A DNA stretch of 64,000 nucleotides from Candidatus Omnitrophota bacterium (GCA_041661605.1 JBAZUE010000001.1:287467-351466); one strand, 5' to 3'; positions 19,483 to 29,520 are shown, counted from the stretch's first letter. Translations and numbers: made by a program. Notes: generated by a model not told the origin, from the letters alone.

Positions 19483-20145
19483 ATGATGAAGAGAATAATC
19501 TTGATTCTGATGGCTTTGGTTGTATCCGGTTGCGCAACCAGCCCGACTTATACAGTGACAAGGCCGCCTGTTCCGCACCAGGTTATCTCCGGGCTGCACC
19601 ATCGCGTAGAGCCTAAACAAACGCTCTGGAAGATATCCAGGATGTATAATGTAGATATTGACGATATCTTAAGAGCGAATAATATTTCAGAAGACGCTGC
19701 TATTGAAATTGGGCAGGTATTACTAATACCCGGACGTTTAAAACCTTCGAGCGAGCCGGTAATTTCCAGCGGAGATGATTTTATTTGGCCCCTGAAAGGG
19801 AAGGTACTTGCCGGCTTCGGAGTCAATTACCGGAATCTGATCAACAAGGGAATTAACATTCAGATATCCCTGGATGCTGATATCCTGGCATCGCGCAGCG
19901 GCAGGGTAGTTTTTTACGCCGCTGATTTCGGCAATTTTGGGAGGACTTTGATTATTGACCATGGAAACGGCCTGCGCAGCATTTACTCCGGGGCCTCAGA
20001 TTTTTTTGTCCGGCCGGGAGAAAACGTTCAAAGGGGAGCCTTGATTGGGCGCATCGGCTCAACTTCCAAGGGTAGGAATAATTACTTGCATTTTGAGATC
20101 CGTAAAGGCGCTATGCCCCAGAATCCTTTGTTTTATTTGCCATGA
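19483..20145 (+). CDS. LysM domain / M23 family peptidase lipoprotein (NlpD-like)
   Basis: Start moved to the ATG after the tRNA. Lipobox LVVSGCAT, LysM (HRVEPKQTLWKISRMYNV) and M23 core (LIIDHGNG, HFEIR). Confidence 0.85.
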   Translation: MMKRIILILMALVVSGCATSPTYTVTRPPVPHQVISGLHHRVEPKQTLWKISRMYNVDIDDILRANNISEDAAIEIGQVLLIPGRLKPSSEPVISSGDDFIWPLKGKVLAGFGVNYRNLINKGINIQISLDADILASRSGRVVFYAADFGNFGRTLIIDHGNGLRSIYSGASDFFVRPGENVQRGALIGRIGSTSKGRNNYLHFEIRKGAMPQNPLFYLP

Positions 20146-21752
20146 TAAAAGATAAATTTTTTGACCGAAGAAATTATATTGAGATACTGCAAAAACGCGT
20201 CAGCAGCCTTAAAGATGGTTACCGGCAAAATATAGCCATTATCGGTGAAGAGAACGTCGGTAAGACCAGCATTGTCTATAAATTCCTGGATAAATTCTAT
20301 GACCCGAGGATAATTACAGTGTTTTTGGAAGTCAGGCCGGGATCTTTCCAGGATTTTGCCAAAAGGTTTATCGGCGCTTTGCTATATAATTTTCTGTTAA
20401 ATAGCGGTTTGGAATTAAGGGAAGACCTGGATTTTCTGGTTACCAGGTCTGCCAGTTATATCCCTAATACTGCGCTTAAGATAAACTCCATCCTTGGCGA
20501 CCTGTCCCGAAGAAAGAAAATAAATATTATTACCGAACTTTTCAGCCTTCCTGAATTAATTCACCAGGAAACAGGTAAATTTACCGTTCTTTTCCTGGAT
20601 GAATTTCATAATCTGGAGAATATCGGTATTAAGAATTTATACCGCGAATGGAGTAAACTGCTTATCCTGCAGAAAAATACCCTTTATGTAATAACCAGTT
20701 CAATGATGTTTAAAACCAGGGTTATCCTTTCCAAGCAGCTTTCTTTGTTGTTTGGAAACTTCGAGGTAATTAATGTAGAGCCTTTTGATATGCATACCAG
20801 CGGACATTATCTCGATCACCGTCTACCCGGGATTAAAATGGAGCCGGGATTAAAAGATTTTATAATTAATTTTACCGGAGGTTATCCGCTTTATTTGGAG
20901 CTTATTTCAGACGCCCTGTCTTTGCCTAAAAGGCCAGCGGACCATGTCTGCATAAATCTTGCAGATATCTTTGAAGGACTGCTGTTTGATACTTCAGGTA
21001 TCCTTAACCAGAGGTTCTCTAATTATATCAAACGCTTCCTGGATTCTCCGGCCAGTAATGACTACATATCTATATTGTATTTAGTTGCCAGCGGGCGCAA
21101 TCGCATTAAAGATATCGCCCATATCCTGCGCAAACAAATAAAGGAACTGTCCTCTAAGATTAATTACCTCTTGGAATTAGATGCTATTACGCGAAGCGGA
21201 GATTTTCTTAAAGTAAATGACCGATTATTTGCTTATTGGATGCGTTTTGTTTACCAGGAGAAAATGCATTCTTTGTCATACGATGCCAAGAACCAGAAAG
21301 AAAAGTTTCGTGATAGCATTGAAGGTCTCATCCAGGATTTCCTGAAGCAGTCGCAGAAGCCTCTCTCTAACCGCGTTTTTGAGCTATTACAGCTGTTTGA
21401 GGATGATCTTATGCAGGTTGAGCGTAAGAAAATCAGGCTTAATCATTTCCGCGAGGTAAAGCCTTTAGAGTTTAATCACCGTTCCCTAAAAGACGGTTTA
21501 TTGGGCCGTTCCAGTGATTCACTGTGGATTATGGCGATTAAACCGGAAGCGCTTACCGAGCAGGATATCTCGGAATTTTCCAAAGAGTGCAAGAAATATC
21601 ATCATAAATCCCAGCGTAAAATTATCGTTACTTTAAGGGAAGTTGATCCTAATACCAGGTTGAGGGCGCTGGAGGAAAAGGTCTGGACCTGGGACTTAAA
21701 TAGCCTAAACCAGATTCTGGACTTGTTCTCAAAACCACGGGTGATCGCTTGA
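20142..21752 (+). CDS. AAA ATPase of the archaeal-ATPase type (PF01637-like) with extended C-terminal region
   Basis: Walker A GEENVGKT, Walker B VLFLDEFHNL, 536 aa. ATGA overlaps with both neighbours. Confidence 0.6.
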   Translation: MIKDKFFDRRNYIEILQKRVSSLKDGYRQNIAIIGEENVGKTSIVYKFLDKFYDPRIITVFLEVRPGSFQDFAKRFIGALLYNFLLNSGLELREDLDFLVTRSASYIPNTALKINSILGDLSRRKKINIITELFSLPELIHQETGKFTVLFLDEFHNLENIGIKNLYREWSKLLILQKNTLYVITSSMMFKTRVILSKQLSLLFGNFEVINVEPFDMHTSGHYLDHRLPGIKMEPGLKDFIINFTGGYPLYLELISDALSLPKRPADHVCINLADIFEGLLFDTSGILNQRFSNYIKRFLDSPASNDYISILYLVASGRNRIKDIAHILRKQIKELSSKINYLLELDAITRSGDFLKVNDRLFAYWMRFVYQEKMHSLSYDAKNQKEKFRDSIEGLIQDFLKQSQKPLSNRVFELLQLFEDDLMQVERKKIRLNHFREVKPLEFNHRSLKDGLLGRSSDSLWIMAIKPEALTEQDISEFSKECKKYHHKSQRKIIVTLREVDPNTRLRALEEKVWTWDLNSLNQILDLFSKPRVIA

Positions 21753-22234
21753 AAATAGGTGTAATTTCTGATACGCATATCGCGAATAAATCCGAGCATA
21801 TACCCGGAATTATACTTGATGTCTTTAAACAGATGGATATGGTTATGCATGCCGGTGACATGGTGGATTTAAGGGTGATTGATGAATTAAAATCCGTCTG
21901 TCCAAAAATAGTTGCCGTATCCGGTAATATGGATCTGGAGCCGGTGAAAAAGAAATACCCCATAAAGGAACTCATTGAAATTTCGGGCCATAGGATTGGC
22001 CTTATGCATGGCGGCGGCTCACCTTTGAAGCTGGTCGAACTGCTTAAAGAAGCTTTCAAGAATGATAATCCTGATATTATTATTTTTGGCCACTCTCATA
22101 AGCCGATGAATCAATTTATAGACGGGGTATTGTTTTTTAACCCCGGCAGCGCGACTGATTTTACGGCAGAATATAATTCTTACGGCATAATCGAAATTAA
22201 TGAAGAGGTTAATGCCAGGATAATTAAGGTTTAA
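21749..22234 (+). CDS. YfcE/MJ0936 family metallophosphoesterase
   Basis: Motifs ISDTH, HAGD, GNMD, GHSH. Confidence 0.85.
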   Translation: MKIGVISDTHIANKSEHIPGIILDVFKQMDMVMHAGDMVDLRVIDELKSVCPKIVAVSGNMDLEPVKKKYPIKELIEISGHRIGLMHGGGSPLKLVELLKEAFKNDNPDIIIFGHSHKPMNQFIDGVLFFNPGSATDFTAEYNSYGIIEINEEVNARIIKV

Positions 22235-22236
22235 GA

Positions 22237-22710
22237 ATGGATAAACTGTGGGCGCCCTGGAGGGTTAATTATGTAAGCGCAAAAAGGAAAGGGAAAAAGT
22301 GTATTTTTTGTTATGCCAAGTCAGGCGCTTCCAGGGATTATGTGATTTTCAAAAGCAGGTTTTCTATTGTTATGTTAAATATCTATCCTTATAATAACGG
22401 GCATCTTTTGGTGTCTCCTCTGCGACATATCCGCGACATATCTCAGTTGCGCCAGGAGGAGGTGGTAGATTTATTTAAATGTTTAAATAAGGCAAAATCC
22501 CTGCTGCAAAAGGTATTGCATCCGGAAGGGTTCAATATAGGGATTAATCTGACCCGCGCAGCCGGAGCAGGTATTGCCGGGCACCTGCATCTGCATATTG
22601 TTCCTCGTTGGTCAGGCGATACTAATTTTATGCCTGTTGTTTCAAACACCAAGATTATTTCTCAATCTTTAGATGAATTAGCTAAATCTTTAAAAAATGC
22701 CGATAAATAA
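22237..22710 (+). CDS. HIT family nucleotide hydrolase/transferase
   Basis: Histidine triad HLHLHIVPR. Confidence 0.85.
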   Translation: MDKLWAPWRVNYVSAKRKGKKCIFCYAKSGASRDYVIFKSRFSIVMLNIYPYNNGHLLVSPLRHIRDISQLRQEEVVDLFKCLNKAKSLLQKVLHPEGFNIGINLTRAAGAGIAGHLHLHIVPRWSGDTNFMPVVSNTKIISQSLDELAKSLKNADK

Positions 22711-23848
22711 TATTAAAGAATTCGAAGATAAGTTTCTTGCTCCTTACGCAGCAAAGAGTTGTAATTCACTTGGCCGGGTGCATAAAGAAGACGAGCATCC
22801 TTACCGGTCATGTTATCAGCGTGACCGTGACCGGATTATACATTCTGCCGCTTTTAGAAGGTTAGAATACAAGACCCAGGTTTTTGTCAACCATGAAGGG
22901 GATTATTACCGGACCCGGCTTACTCACAGCATTGAGGTCTCCCAGATTGCCCGCACGATTGCCTGGGCGCTGCGTTTAAACACTGATTTGACTGAAGCGA
23001 TTTCTTTAGCTCACGACCTTGGGCATACCCCTTTTGGTCATTCCGGAGAAGAGGCGCTTAATGAGCTGATGGCTAAGTGGGGAGGGTTTAACCATAACCT
23101 GCAGGGATTGAGAGTGGTAGATTGCCTGGAAGAGCGTTACCCTGCGTTTCCGGGATTAAATTTAAGCTGGGAGGTAAGAGAGGGCATAATCAAACATTCT
23201 TCGGTTTTTGATATCGCGGTCAAGATTAAAGAGTTTTCCCCAAAAAAGATGCCTTCATTAGAGACTCAGCTGGTTGACGCTGCAGATGAGATTGCTTATG
23301 ATAACCACGATCTTGATGACGGCCTGACTTCGGGTTTGATAAAGGAAAAAGATCTGGAAGGGCTTGAAATCTGGGAAAAAATAAATCGCAAAATTAATCA
23401 GAAATATGCTAAAATTGATTTGTCCAGCCGGAAATATCTGGTTATCCGGGGGTTAATTGATTTACAGGTTACGGATTTGATTGAGCATACCCAGAGGGTT
23501 ATTTCCCGGAGCAAGATTAATAGTTATGCTCAGCTGCAAAAGATTAATTATAAAATAGTTGATTTTAGCAAAGAGGTTAAGGAATTGAGAAAACCGCTCC
23601 GGCAGTTTCTCATGCAGAAGCTTTATCATCATTATCGGGTTATGCGCATGAGTATTAAGGCCAAGCGTTTTATACGGGAGTTGTTTTGTGAGTACGCCAT
23701 ACGGCCTAAACAATTGCCCTCTGAAGTGCAGCTTAGGATCCCTGGAGAAGGAGTAAAGCGGGCAGTCTGTGATTATATAGCCGGTATGACTGACCGATAT
23801 GCCTTAGATGAATATAAAAAATTATTCAACCCCTACGAAAAAGTATAG
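22697..23848 (+). CDS. dgt: dGTPase-like deoxyguanosinetriphosphate triphosphohydrolase (HD domain)
   Basis: RTRLTHSIEVSQI and HDLGHTPFGH motifs. Confidence 0.85.
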   Translation: MPINNIKEFEDKFLAPYAAKSCNSLGRVHKEDEHPYRSCYQRDRDRIIHSAAFRRLEYKTQVFVNHEGDYYRTRLTHSIEVSQIARTIAWALRLNTDLTEAISLAHDLGHTPFGHSGEEALNELMAKWGGFNHNLQGLRVVDCLEERYPAFPGLNLSWEVREGIIKHSSVFDIAVKIKEFSPKKMPSLETQLVDAADEIAYDNHDLDDGLTSGLIKEKDLEGLEIWEKINRKINQKYAKIDLSSRKYLVIRGLIDLQVTDLIEHTQRVISRSKINSYAQLQKINYKIVDFSKEVKELRKPLRQFLMQKLYHHYRVMRMSIKAKRFIRELFCEYAIRPKQLPSEVQLRIPGEGVKRAVCDYIAGMTDRYALDEYKKLFNPYEKV

Positions 23849-24875
23849 ATTTTTAGTTTCAGCGGTACATAGCATTTACCGTTTGCTTAACTCTACTTAC
23901 GAGCTTAAGGAATTGATTAGTCGTATGGGCAGGTTATTTTGCCAATTCTTTAATGCCCAATATTGCCTGATTGTCTTGCTTGAGCCAAACAAGAAATATT
24001 CCAGCATTAAATGTTTAATCAAAGATAACAATAAACTGATCGTTGATAAAAAGACCAGGGTCCACGGAAGGATTGAAGAAAAGATAATTAAAAGCTCATC
24101 CGCGGTCAGAAAAGGCGGGCTTCTTGGCGTTCCGCTTATCTGTGAAGATGTTTTGGGTTTTATTATTATAAAACGCGCCAATTCCCATCAGCCATTTGAT
24201 AAGTTTGATCAGGAGATGCTTATGAATATGGCGGAACAAGCGGTTATCGGGATTAAAAACTTACAGTTATACGAGGAACAGCAAAAGATAGTCTTTGGCA
24301 GCATTAAATCATTAGTCACTTTGTTAAATACCCGCGTGCCGCAGGAATATACGCATTCGCCGCATTTTAGCAGATTAGTTTGCGCCCTGGGTACTGAGCT
24401 CCATTTGGGGGAAAAACAGCTTGAAAGCCTTAAATATGCCAGCTTGCTGCATGATACCGGTAAAATTGATATACCTTCTGAGATTTTAACTAAAGCTACC
24501 AAACTTACTTCAGAAGAATATGATATTATTAAAAAGCATCCGGTCAAGGGGGCCCAGATATTGCGGCCTTTACAGATTTTGCGTCCGGTTATTCCGATTA
24601 TCATGCATCATCATGAAAAATATAACGGTACAGGTTATCCTTCTCATCTTAAGGGCGGTCAGATCCCTCTGTGCGCGCGGATTATGTCTGTGGCGGATGC
24701 TTTTGAGGCAATGGTTTACGGCCGGCCATACCGTCAGAGGATGGATATTGATTCTGCCATAAAAGAAATAAAGAAAAAAAGCGGTACGCAATTTGATCCT
24801 AAGATTGTGGAGGCCTTTTTAAAGGTAATTAAAAAATTCAATAAAAGGATTTATCTGAAGCAGGATAAACCTTAA
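23808..24875 (+). CDS. GAF domain-containing HD-GYP phosphodiesterase
   Basis: N-terminal GAF-like region plus LHDTGK and HHHEKYNGTGYP (HD-GYP). Confidence 0.85.
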   Translation: MNIKNYSTPTKKYRFLVSAVHSIYRLLNSTYELKELISRMGRLFCQFFNAQYCLIVLLEPNKKYSSIKCLIKDNNKLIVDKKTRVHGRIEEKIIKSSSAVRKGGLLGVPLICEDVLGFIIIKRANSHQPFDKFDQEMLMNMAEQAVIGIKNLQLYEEQQKIVFGSIKSLVTLLNTRVPQEYTHSPHFSRLVCALGTELHLGEKQLESLKYASLLHDTGKIDIPSEILTKATKLTSEEYDIIKKHPVKGAQILRPLQILRPVIPIIMHHHEKYNGTGYPSHLKGGQIPLCARIMSVADAFEAMVYGRPYRQRMDIDSAIKEIKKKSGTQFDPKIVEAFLKVIKKFNKRIYLKQDKP

Positions 24876-24890
24876 TTATAATATTATTCT

Positions 24891-25334
24891 ATGGCGGATA
24901 AACAGGACTATTCTCAAAACGAGCTATTCACGCAATCTTTGGACAGCGGCCAGTATAAGGCGCGCGTGCCGGCAAACCATTTTTTTACGCGTATCCGGGG
25001 TTATGAAAAGATATTGCTTTTAATCATGGGCTTGGTTTTACTGAGCATTATTTCTTTTTCTTTGGGGGTAGAAAAAGGAAGACGCGTCGTTTTGACTTCA
25101 AGTAATAATGTTGACCCGGCAAGCTATACTATCCAGGTAGCGGCTTTTAAAAACAGGAATCTTGCTCTCCGCCAGGCCCAGATGCTGGCAAAAGCAGGAT
25201 TGTCCCCGTTAGTTTTTGCAAAAGGTAATTATGTCATTTTGTGCGTAGGCAAATTTTCTAATCAAGAGAGCGCGCAACCTTTGCTGATTCAATTGCAGAG
25301 AACCTACGCTGGTTGCCGCATAAGGAGGCTATAA
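24891..25334 (+). CDS. SPOR domain membrane protein
   Basis: One TM helix, then a SPOR-like region (YTIQVAAFKNRNLALRQAQ...). Confidence 0.7.
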   Translation: MADKQDYSQNELFTQSLDSGQYKARVPANHFFTRIRGYEKILLLIMGLVLLSIISFSLGVEKGRRVVLTSSNNVDPASYTIQVAAFKNRNLALRQAQMLAKAGLSPLVFAKGNYVILCVGKFSNQESAQPLLIQLQRTYAGCRIRRL

Positions 25335-25338
25335 AATC

Positions 25339-25635
25339 ATGTCAATACATCCGTCATTAGTTATCTCGGAGAAAGACAAAATGGTTCGTTCGGTATTGAA
25401 GCGCACAGAACGTATCAGGCAGATGCATGAAAAGGGCAAGTGGAAAGAAGGGGACTCGGTTTATGGGTTGCCAAAGATCAAAACCTTAAGGATTAAGATT
25501 AAGAAAGAAAAGGCAGTCAAGGAAGAAACTCCGGGCACTGAGGCTGGAGCAGCTCCGGCACCCGCTGCGCCTGGGGCAAAAGACGCGTCTAAGGCTGCGC
25601 CTAAAGCGCAGTCTAAAGCGCAAGAGAAGAAATAA
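25339..25635 (+). CDS. small basic protein (Chlamydiae/Verrucomicrobia/Planctomycetes type)
   Basis: VLKRTERIRQMHEKGKWKEGDSVYGLPKIK resembles the PVC small basic protein family, which I recall as TIGR04137. Confidence 0.6.
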   Translation: MSIHPSLVISEKDKMVRSVLKRTERIRQMHEKGKWKEGDSVYGLPKIKTLRIKIKKEKAVKEETPGTEAGAAPAPAAPGAKDASKAAPKAQSKAQEKK

Positions 25636-25636
25636 A

Positions 25637-26398
25637 ATGCGGCAGACGGGATCAATTTTTCTGTTGACCTTTTTTCTCTTAAAAACTGTATTTGCGGCTG
25701 AGTTTGCTGCTTTTACCGGGCAGATTAACGCAGATGTTATAAATGTGCGTGTTGATGCTACGGTAAATTCAGCAGCCGCCTGTACGCTTTCTAAGGGGCA
25801 ACTGGTAGAGGTAGTTTCTGAGATTTACGATTGGTATAAGATCCGTCTTCCCAGGCAAGCGCCTTCTTATATAAAGAAAGACCTGGTCGAATGCATTAAG
25901 AATGCTTCGGAAAAATGTTTTAATGCCAAGGTTACCGGAGACAGAGTAAATATCCGGCTTGGCCCAAGTGAATCATCCTGGATCCTGGGGAAGGCAGATA
26001 AGTCAACGGTGGTAAATATTGTTCAGGAGGAAGGCGACTGGTATAAGATTGAACCGGTGCATCAGAGTTATGGCTGGGTGAATAAAAGGTTCATCAATAA
26101 AGATATAGTTGTTACTAAAGAAGAGGATAAGCCGGTTGCGGTTTCACAGCCTGCGGCTTTGGAGTCAAGCGGCCAATTGGTTATTGAAGGCACAATCAGC
26201 CCGTATGGCGTAGTCTTATGGCGCAAGGCAACTCATAAATTAGTTACTGCTAATAAAGAGATATACTTTTTAAAAGGCAACCGAAAAGGTTTGGACAGCC
26301 TTAATTACCACAAAGTAAAAGTTACCGGTAAATTAATCAGCCCGGAAAATAACAAGTACCCGATTATTGAGGTAGCTATTATCGAGGTATTGAATTGA
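25637..26398 (+). CDS. secreted SH3 domain repeat protein
   Basis: Signal peptide and two bacterial SH3-like units (VNVR...DWYKIRLP; VNIRLGP...GDWYKIEP). Confidence 0.7.
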   Translation: MRQTGSIFLLTFFLLKTVFAAEFAAFTGQINADVINVRVDATVNSAAACTLSKGQLVEVVSEIYDWYKIRLPRQAPSYIKKDLVECIKNASEKCFNAKVTGDRVNIRLGPSESSWILGKADKSTVVNIVQEEGDWYKIEPVHQSYGWVNKRFINKDIVVTKEEDKPVAVSQPAALESSGQLVIEGTISPYGVVLWRKATHKLVTANKEIYFLKGNRKGLDSLNYHKVKVTGKLISPENNKYPIIEVAIIEVLN

Positions 26399-27024
26399 GC
26401 CTGCCGCAACTAACTATTTCTTTTATCATTTCTTTCGGTCTTTTATTAATTGCTATGACTGTGCATGAATTTGCGCATGGTCTGGCTGCCTATAAGTTAG
26501 GCGATTCTACAGCCAAATTCTCCGGCCGGCTTACCCTGAATCCCCTGGCGCATATCGATCCCTTTTGGACTATACTCTTGCCGCTTATACTTTTTTTGTC
26601 CACTTCCGGGCATTTTGTTTTTGGGGCTGCCAAACCCGTTCCTATAGATTACCGGGCATTAAAGAATCCAAAAAGAGATATAATCTGGATCGGAGTCAGC
26701 GGGCCGCTGGCTAACCTTATCCTCGCTTTTATTACCGCCCAGGTGTTAAAGTTCATTCCGCTGCCGGCTGTTGCGGTTTATTTGTTTTCGAATTTACTCT
26801 TAATTAATGTCGTTTTGGCTTTATTCAATTTGATTCCGATCCCGCCGTTAGATGGTTCGCGTGTTTTGATGGGGCTGCTGCCTGAAGGGTTATCGCAGAT
26901 GTATACCAGCCTTGAGCGCTATGGTTTTATTATCCTGTTCTTGTTTATATGGCTGGGTGTATTTGACCGCCTGCTTTGGCCGATGGTGGGCTTAGTAATC
27001 AGGTTAATGGGGGTAAGCTATTAA
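26395..27024 (+). CDS. site-2 protease family (M50) membrane metalloprotease
   Basis: HEFAHG motif and multiple TM helices. Confidence 0.8.
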   Translation: MSLPQLTISFIISFGLLLIAMTVHEFAHGLAAYKLGDSTAKFSGRLTLNPLAHIDPFWTILLPLILFLSTSGHFVFGAAKPVPIDYRALKNPKRDIIWIGVSGPLANLILAFITAQVLKFIPLPAVAVYLFSNLLLINVVLALFNLIPIPPLDGSRVLMGLLPEGLSQMYTSLERYGFIILFLFIWLGVFDRLLWPMVGLVIRLMGVSY

Positions 27025-28109
27025 TGCATAAGGTAACGGTTAACTTGGGCAGGCGATCGTATGATATAATTATCGGCAGCTCTATCATTAAAAAACTGGG
27101 CCCGTATTTACTTAAATTAAATATTGGTTTGGATGCTTATATTGTCACCAATACTTTATTAAAAGATAAATATGGAGCAATCCTGTCCAGCGTCTTGTTA
27201 AAAAATGGATTTAACTGCCGTTTTAAAACTGTTTTGGACAGCGAAAAGAGCAAGTCGTTGGAAAGTGCCGGATGCCTAATCAATGATCTGGCTAAGTTTG
27301 ACCGGAAAAGAAAAGTTTTTATCATTGCTTTCGGCGGCGGAGTAGTGGGGGACCTGGCAGGTTTTATCGCTTCGGTGTATAAACGGGGGATTGCTTATGT
27401 GCAGATTCCCACGACTTTGTTGGCCCAGGTGGATTCGGCTATCGGAGGAAAAACCGCAGTTGACCTGGATTTGGGAAAGAACCTGGTTGGCGCGTTTTAT
27501 CAGCCCAACCTTGTATTCAGCGAGATCAATTTTCTAAAATCGCTGGATAAGCGCCAGGTTGCTTCGGGGATGGCAGAGATAATAAAGTATGCTATTATCA
27601 AGGATAACAGCTTATTTTGTTATTTGGAGAAAAAACATAAAGATGTATTTAACGGCCATCCTGCAGTCCTGGAAAGAATAATCAGTGCTTGCAGTAATAT
27701 TAAAGCGGCAATAGTCAGCCGCGATGAAAAAGAGGCATCAGGTTTAAGGACAATTCTAAACTTTGGCCATACTATCGGGCATGCGATTGAGTCCGCTTGC
27801 GCTTACAAAAATTATAATCACGGGGAGGCAGTAAGCCTGGGAATGATTGCGGCTTTAGATTTAAGCTGTAAGCTTGGGTTAATTGAAAACAGGCTATCAT
27901 TACGTATTGAGAATTTAATCAAGCTTTATGGTTTGCCTGTAAAGCTTAAAGGTGTATCCATCGATAAAGTCATTGACGCTTATTATCATGATAAGAAATT
28001 TACCGGTAAGCAGAATAAGCTGGTTTTAATCCGGGGGATAGCTAAGCCGGTAATTGTAAAGAATGTCGCGTTGAATTTGATAAAAGAAGCAGTTGGCGGA
28101 ATAATTTAA
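27024..28109 (+). CDS. aroB: 3-dehydroquinate synthase
   Basis: Start moved to ATG 27024 (MHKVTVNLG...), overlapping the upstream stop. Motifs GGGVVGDLAGF and NFGHTIGHAIE. Confidence 0.9.
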   Translation: MHKVTVNLGRRSYDIIIGSSIIKKLGPYLLKLNIGLDAYIVTNTLLKDKYGAILSSVLLKNGFNCRFKTVLDSEKSKSLESAGCLINDLAKFDRKRKVFIIAFGGGVVGDLAGFIASVYKRGIAYVQIPTTLLAQVDSAIGGKTAVDLDLGKNLVGAFYQPNLVFSEINFLKSLDKRQVASGMAEIIKYAIIKDNSLFCYLEKKHKDVFNGHPAVLERIISACSNIKAAIVSRDEKEASGLRTILNFGHTIGHAIESACAYKNYNHGEAVSLGMIAALDLSCKLGLIENRLSLRIENLIKLYGLPVKLKGVSIDKVIDAYYHDKKFTGKQNKLVLIRGIAKPVIVKNVALNLIKEAVGGII

Positions 28110-28111
28110 GC

Positions 28112-28564
28112 CTACTTGCCGGTGGAAAGAGTAACAATCAAACCTTCGTTATTTAGTTCTACGGTATCCATGGTAATTTTCTCTACTTTAGCTCCATCAA
28201 CTGAGTCATTTTCCTTTACAATCTGGTTGTTCACTAAAGCATAACCGTTATCGTCGGAAAAGAATATTCCGTTTAAGATAAATTTCTTTTCCGGTTTTGG
28301 TTGTTCTTCAGGCGCTAAGACAGGAGCGGCAAGCGGTGGTTGAGCCGGAGCTGTTTGAGGGGGCTCGGATACATGGGGGGAGGAAACCTTGCGGTTAGTA
28401 ATCTTAAATATATAGCTGCCCAGGAGCAGGATAACAGCACATATTAAAAAATATAATAGATAAGTTTTGAGTTTGGGTTTTTTATCCCAGCCGGACGTTT
28501 TCTTAAGTGAATTTCTTTGGATGGATTCTTCGGTTTTCTTTAGAGCTTCGTTAATTATACTCAT
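28112..28564 (-). CDS. GspB/ExeB-like general secretion pathway protein B
   Basis: N-terminal IINEALKKTEES, TM helix, Pro-rich linker and C-terminal LNGIFFSDDNGYALVNNQIVKENDSVDGAKVEKI, which is T2SSB-like. Confidence 0.55.
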   Translation of the reverse strand: MSIINEALKKTEESIQRNSLKKTSGWDKKPKLKTYLLYFLICAVILLLGSYIFKITNRKVSSPHVSEPPQTAPAQPPLAAPVLAPEEQPKPEKKFILNGIFFSDDNGYALVNNQIVKENDSVDGAKVEKITMDTVELNNEGLIVTLSTGK

Positions 28565-28567
28565 AAA

Positions 28568-29386
28568 TTATTCCGCACTCACCGAATAGCTGTCCAGCTC
28601 TTCGGTGCATCTTTTTATAATATCAATACCGATATTATTAGTTTCCACGACAAAACCTGCTAACAGTGCCCGGTCGCAGAGCATATTGATCAGCCTGGGT
28701 GTGCCTGCGGAAAAACGGCTTACCGCATCAATGGCCTCATCGCTGAATTTAATATTTCGTGCGCCGGCTACCTGCAGGCGGTGGTTTATATAGGGTTTTA
28801 TTTCATCCTCATCAAGCGGGCCAATATGGTACCTGACCATGATCCTTTGGCGCAGCTGCCGTAAATCATATAAATTGATCCGGTTGTTTAATTCAGGCTG
28901 GCCCACTAGTATTACCTGGAGCAGCTTATCTTTTTCTGTTTCTAGATTTGAAAGCAGGCGGATCAGTTCGAGCAGGTTGGGTTTTAGATTTTGCGCTTCA
29001 TCGACAATAAGCACCAGATTATTTCCCGCATTCGACTCGCGCAATAAAAAATTATTTAATTCCCAAACCATATCCAGTTTAACCTTGTTTTTAGGGGAGA
29101 TTCCGAAATCCTTGATGATTGATTCCAGGAGTTGGGTTTCGGAGAAGGCAGGATTCAGGATAAAGGCTGTTTTTACGTTTTTGCCTACCTGATTTAAGAA
29201 GAAACGGCAGGTGGTTGTTTTGCCGGTGCCTATTTCTCCGGTTAAAACGATAATCCCTTTTCTTTGGGAAACCCCGTAAACCAAATGAGAGATGGCTTCT
29301 TTATGTTTTTTACTTGAGAAAAAAAAGGCAGGGTCACTGGTTACATTAAAAGGCCTTTCTTTTAACCCATAAAATTGGCAATACAT
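28568..29386 (-). CDS. ExeA/GspA/MshM family AAA ATPase
   Basis: YCQFYGLKERPF N-terminus, Walker A GEIGTGKTT, Walker B LIVDEAQNL. Confidence 0.85.
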   Translation of the reverse strand: MYCQFYGLKERPFNVTSDPAFFFSSKKHKEAISHLVYGVSQRKGIIVLTGEIGTGKTTTCRFFLNQVGKNVKTAFILNPAFSETQLLESIIKDFGISPKNKVKLDMVWELNNFLLRESNAGNNLVLIVDEAQNLKPNLLELIRLLSNLETEKDKLLQVILVGQPELNNRINLYDLRQLRQRIMVRYHIGPLDEDEIKPYINHRLQVAGARNIKFSDEAIDAVSRFSAGTPRLINMLCDRALLAGFVVETNNIGIDIIKRCTEELDSYSVSAE

Positions 29387-29435
29387 TTGCTCACCTCTGA
29401 ATTATTATAACAGGATCACAAAAGTTTGTAAAGTA

Positions 29436-29464
29436 TTGACATATTTATGAATATATGTTATATT
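29436..29464 (+). promoter_or_regulatory. sigma-70 promoter of the PilZ block
   Basis: TTGACA 29436-29441, 17-nt spacer, TGtTATATT (hexamer 29459-29464). Confidence 0.55.
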
Positions 29465-29520
29465 TTTCAATCAGAGGTAAGAGAAATAGCCACGGCTGCC
29501 TCAAAGCTAAAAAGGCACAA

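Noticed and set aside
22697-23848. dGTPase as a stand-alone anti-phage dNTP-depletion gene
   Set aside because: It is embedded by overlapping codons in an operon of conserved housekeeping-type genes. No mobile or variable-island signatures are visible. It is kept only as a low-weight possibility within the operon finding.
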